A stretch of DNA of 53,222 nucleotides. Origin: Moniliella sp. 'wahieum'. Its lineage: Eukaryota. The stretch lies in assembly GCA_003971905.1 (NCBI GenBank), contig RSEE01000083.1:248001-301222 (forward strand), given 5' to 3'. A program made the position numbers and the translations under genes. Shown here piece by piece: positions 51,617 to 53,222 of this stretch; positions within the stretch are counted from its first letter, which is position 1; the number at the start of each line of letters is the position of its first letter. The notes under the pieces were generated by a model. The model did not search any database. It saw nothing but the letters and a program-made list of their open reading frames with translations, and was not told where the DNA came from.

Positions 51617-52113
51617 TTATGACGGGGCTTCTCCTTCTTCTCGCGGAAAGGGCGTAGAGACCTAGAGGTGGCAGTCAGTACATGTAGATACAGAACAACG
51701 GGCAAATACCGAAATTAGAAGAGGACATACCCACACCCGATACCTTGATCACGCGGAAACGCACACCGGGGATGTCACCCTTGGCCTTGCCCTGCGGCCA
51801 AAGCCCTCGATCAGAACCTCGTCGTTCTCGTCCACGAAGTTGAGGCAGGCCGTCATGGGCACAAAGGCAGCAACCTTCTTGCCGTTCTTGATGAGCTGGA
51901 CACGCACACCCTTGCGAATAGCCGATTGGGCTGCTTGGCCTCCCACCCACCTTCTCCAGGACAATGCCCTTGGCTTGCGACGAGCCGGCGGTGGGGGAAG
52001 ACTTGTAGAAGTTGCCGAGGGCGCGTCGCTTTTCCACGCCTTGTCGGCCCACTTGTTCTCACGACGGGTCGTGTGCAGCTTGCGCGCTGCGTTGGGCCAC
52101 TGGGTTTGCCCAT
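51617..52113 (-). CDS. RPS23: 40S ribosomal protein S23 (uS12); intron 51662-51730
   Basis: [53 protein letters not shown] and [27 protein letters not shown]. Confidence 0.96.
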
Positions 52114-52192
52114 CTTGTTCGAGGGGTGGGAAAGCTTTGTCCTGCCGCAGGATTGCCACGCCCAGTTGGCTCAGCCGCCTGGCCACGGCAAA

Positions 52193-52331
52193 AACCCTAG
52201 CAGCGCAACCCGCTGCGGCAGAGAGCCTCAACCCTATTGTGGCACCTGGCGCCATGCTTTCACACACCCATCCATTTGCCCAGCAGGTGCAGCATGGCCC
52301 ACTTGGGTCCTCCGTTCCGGACGTTAGGGTT
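52193..52331. promoter_or_regulatory. AACCCTA/TAGGGTT (telobox/Tbf1-like) sites in the RPS23-RPL27 divergent promoter
   Basis: AACCCTA at 52193 and 52230, and TAGGGTT at 52325. Confidence 0.5.
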
Positions 52332-52571
52332 GATCGATGACGATGATCTCGATGATCCCCCAAATTCCTCTCGATCCACCCGCAATTTGGCTCGCCGATC
52401 AGAGCGCAGGGGCAACCAACACCACAATACTCAGTGTACGTGCCAAGGAACAGGCGCGGTGCTCGCGGGGATGCTGCTGGTGCCTGCCTCGCCCTCTGTC
52501 CCATTCTCTTCTATGCAGCGCTGTATGAGCGCGCAAGACTGATGGCTGATTGCTGTACCCGATCCAGGTCC

Positions 52572-52974
52572 ATGGCGCGCATTTACAAACCCGGTAAGGT
52601 CGCCCTTGTCCTCCACGGCCGTCAGGCCGGCAAGAAGGTTGTCGTCATCAAGCAGTACGACGACGGCAACCAAGGAGCGCCTTACCCTCACGTTCTCGTT
52701 GCTGGCATTGAGCGCTACCCCTAAGTGACCAAGGCCATGGATGCCAAGAAGTCTCGCGCCGCAGTAAGGTCAAGCCCTTTGTCAAGGCAATCAACTACAA
52801 CACCTCATGCCTACGCGATATGCTCTGGAACTCGAGGGCCTCAAGGGCGTAATTTCTCCTGACTCTTTGAAGGAACGTGAAACTAGAAGGACGCCGTGAA
52901 GGCGGCCAAGAAGGTGCGGAGGAGCGGTACCTGACGGGAAGAACCGCTGGTTCTTCTCCCCCTTGCGTTTCTAA
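52572..52974 (+). CDS. RPL27: 60S ribosomal protein L27 (eL27); probable 5'-UTR intron 52436-52567
   Basis: [66 protein letters not shown] and [12 protein letters not shown] stop. Upstream GTACGT...GCTGAT...CAG ends 4 nt before the ATG. Confidence 0.96.
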
Positions 52975-53222
52975 CGTGCTTCTTCATCATATTGTTACCA
53001 CTACAACCCAGCACCACCAATTGGCCTTTTTCCATCTCGCTCGCATATTTTCCCATCCAGGCTTTGTCATTCTTTCATCGCGCAGGTGCACGGCTCCATC
53101 TTCGTCGCTCTTGCCTCCTTAATCGTTCGGTTCGGCCTAGTTGTATCGGTGTGTGGAGAAACACCATCCTCATCCTCACACCGGTGGACGGGGATGTGGG
53201 CACTCTGCTTTGTCTAGCTCTG

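Noticed and set aside
51845..51865. RPS23 VPHDG/VPMTA instead of VPNDGC
   Set aside because: Explained by a compensating 1-nt deletion and insertion, so not counted as a real substitution.

Overview
GC-rich, intron-poor fungal genomic DNA from a basidiomycete. Ustilaginomycotina is my best guess, from the Gpa1-type G-alpha and the one-intron GAPDH; this is not verified. Nearly every gene is broken by 1-nt indels, often in homopolymers, so this looks like an unpolished long-read assembly rather than a set of pseudogenes, and gene ends are approximate. Recognisable genes in order: C-terminal half of a DHA1-type MFS transporter (-), ATG11 (+), PP1/GLC7 (+), PWP2 (-), RRP1 (-), an orphan with a mitochondrial-type N-terminus (+), intron-containing tRNA-Cys(GCA) (-), CDC6 (+), a Pho80/Pcl-type cyclin (-), a Gre2/aldehyde-reductase-II-like extended SDR (-), the SSK1 response regulator (-), an MPP6-like gene (+), a Ser/Pro-rich hypothetical (+), GAPDH (+), a small secreted protein with a ricin-B-like QxW repeat (-), intron-containing tRNA-Ile(AAU) (+), G-alpha Gpa1 (+), and a head-to-head RPS23/RPL27 pair. 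I found no mobile element, CRISPR array or rRNA. The most striking unexplained signal is non-coding: a dispersed family of 7-bp-period motifs of the form TCA-[4-bp palindrome]-TCA (a 6-bp palindrome plus 1 nt). It occurs at 27 loci counted by eye, against fewer than 2 expected, and uses nine different palindromic spacers. The motifs are almost all intergenic, and several long GTCAC-type arrays lie about 135-240 bp upstream of start codons.
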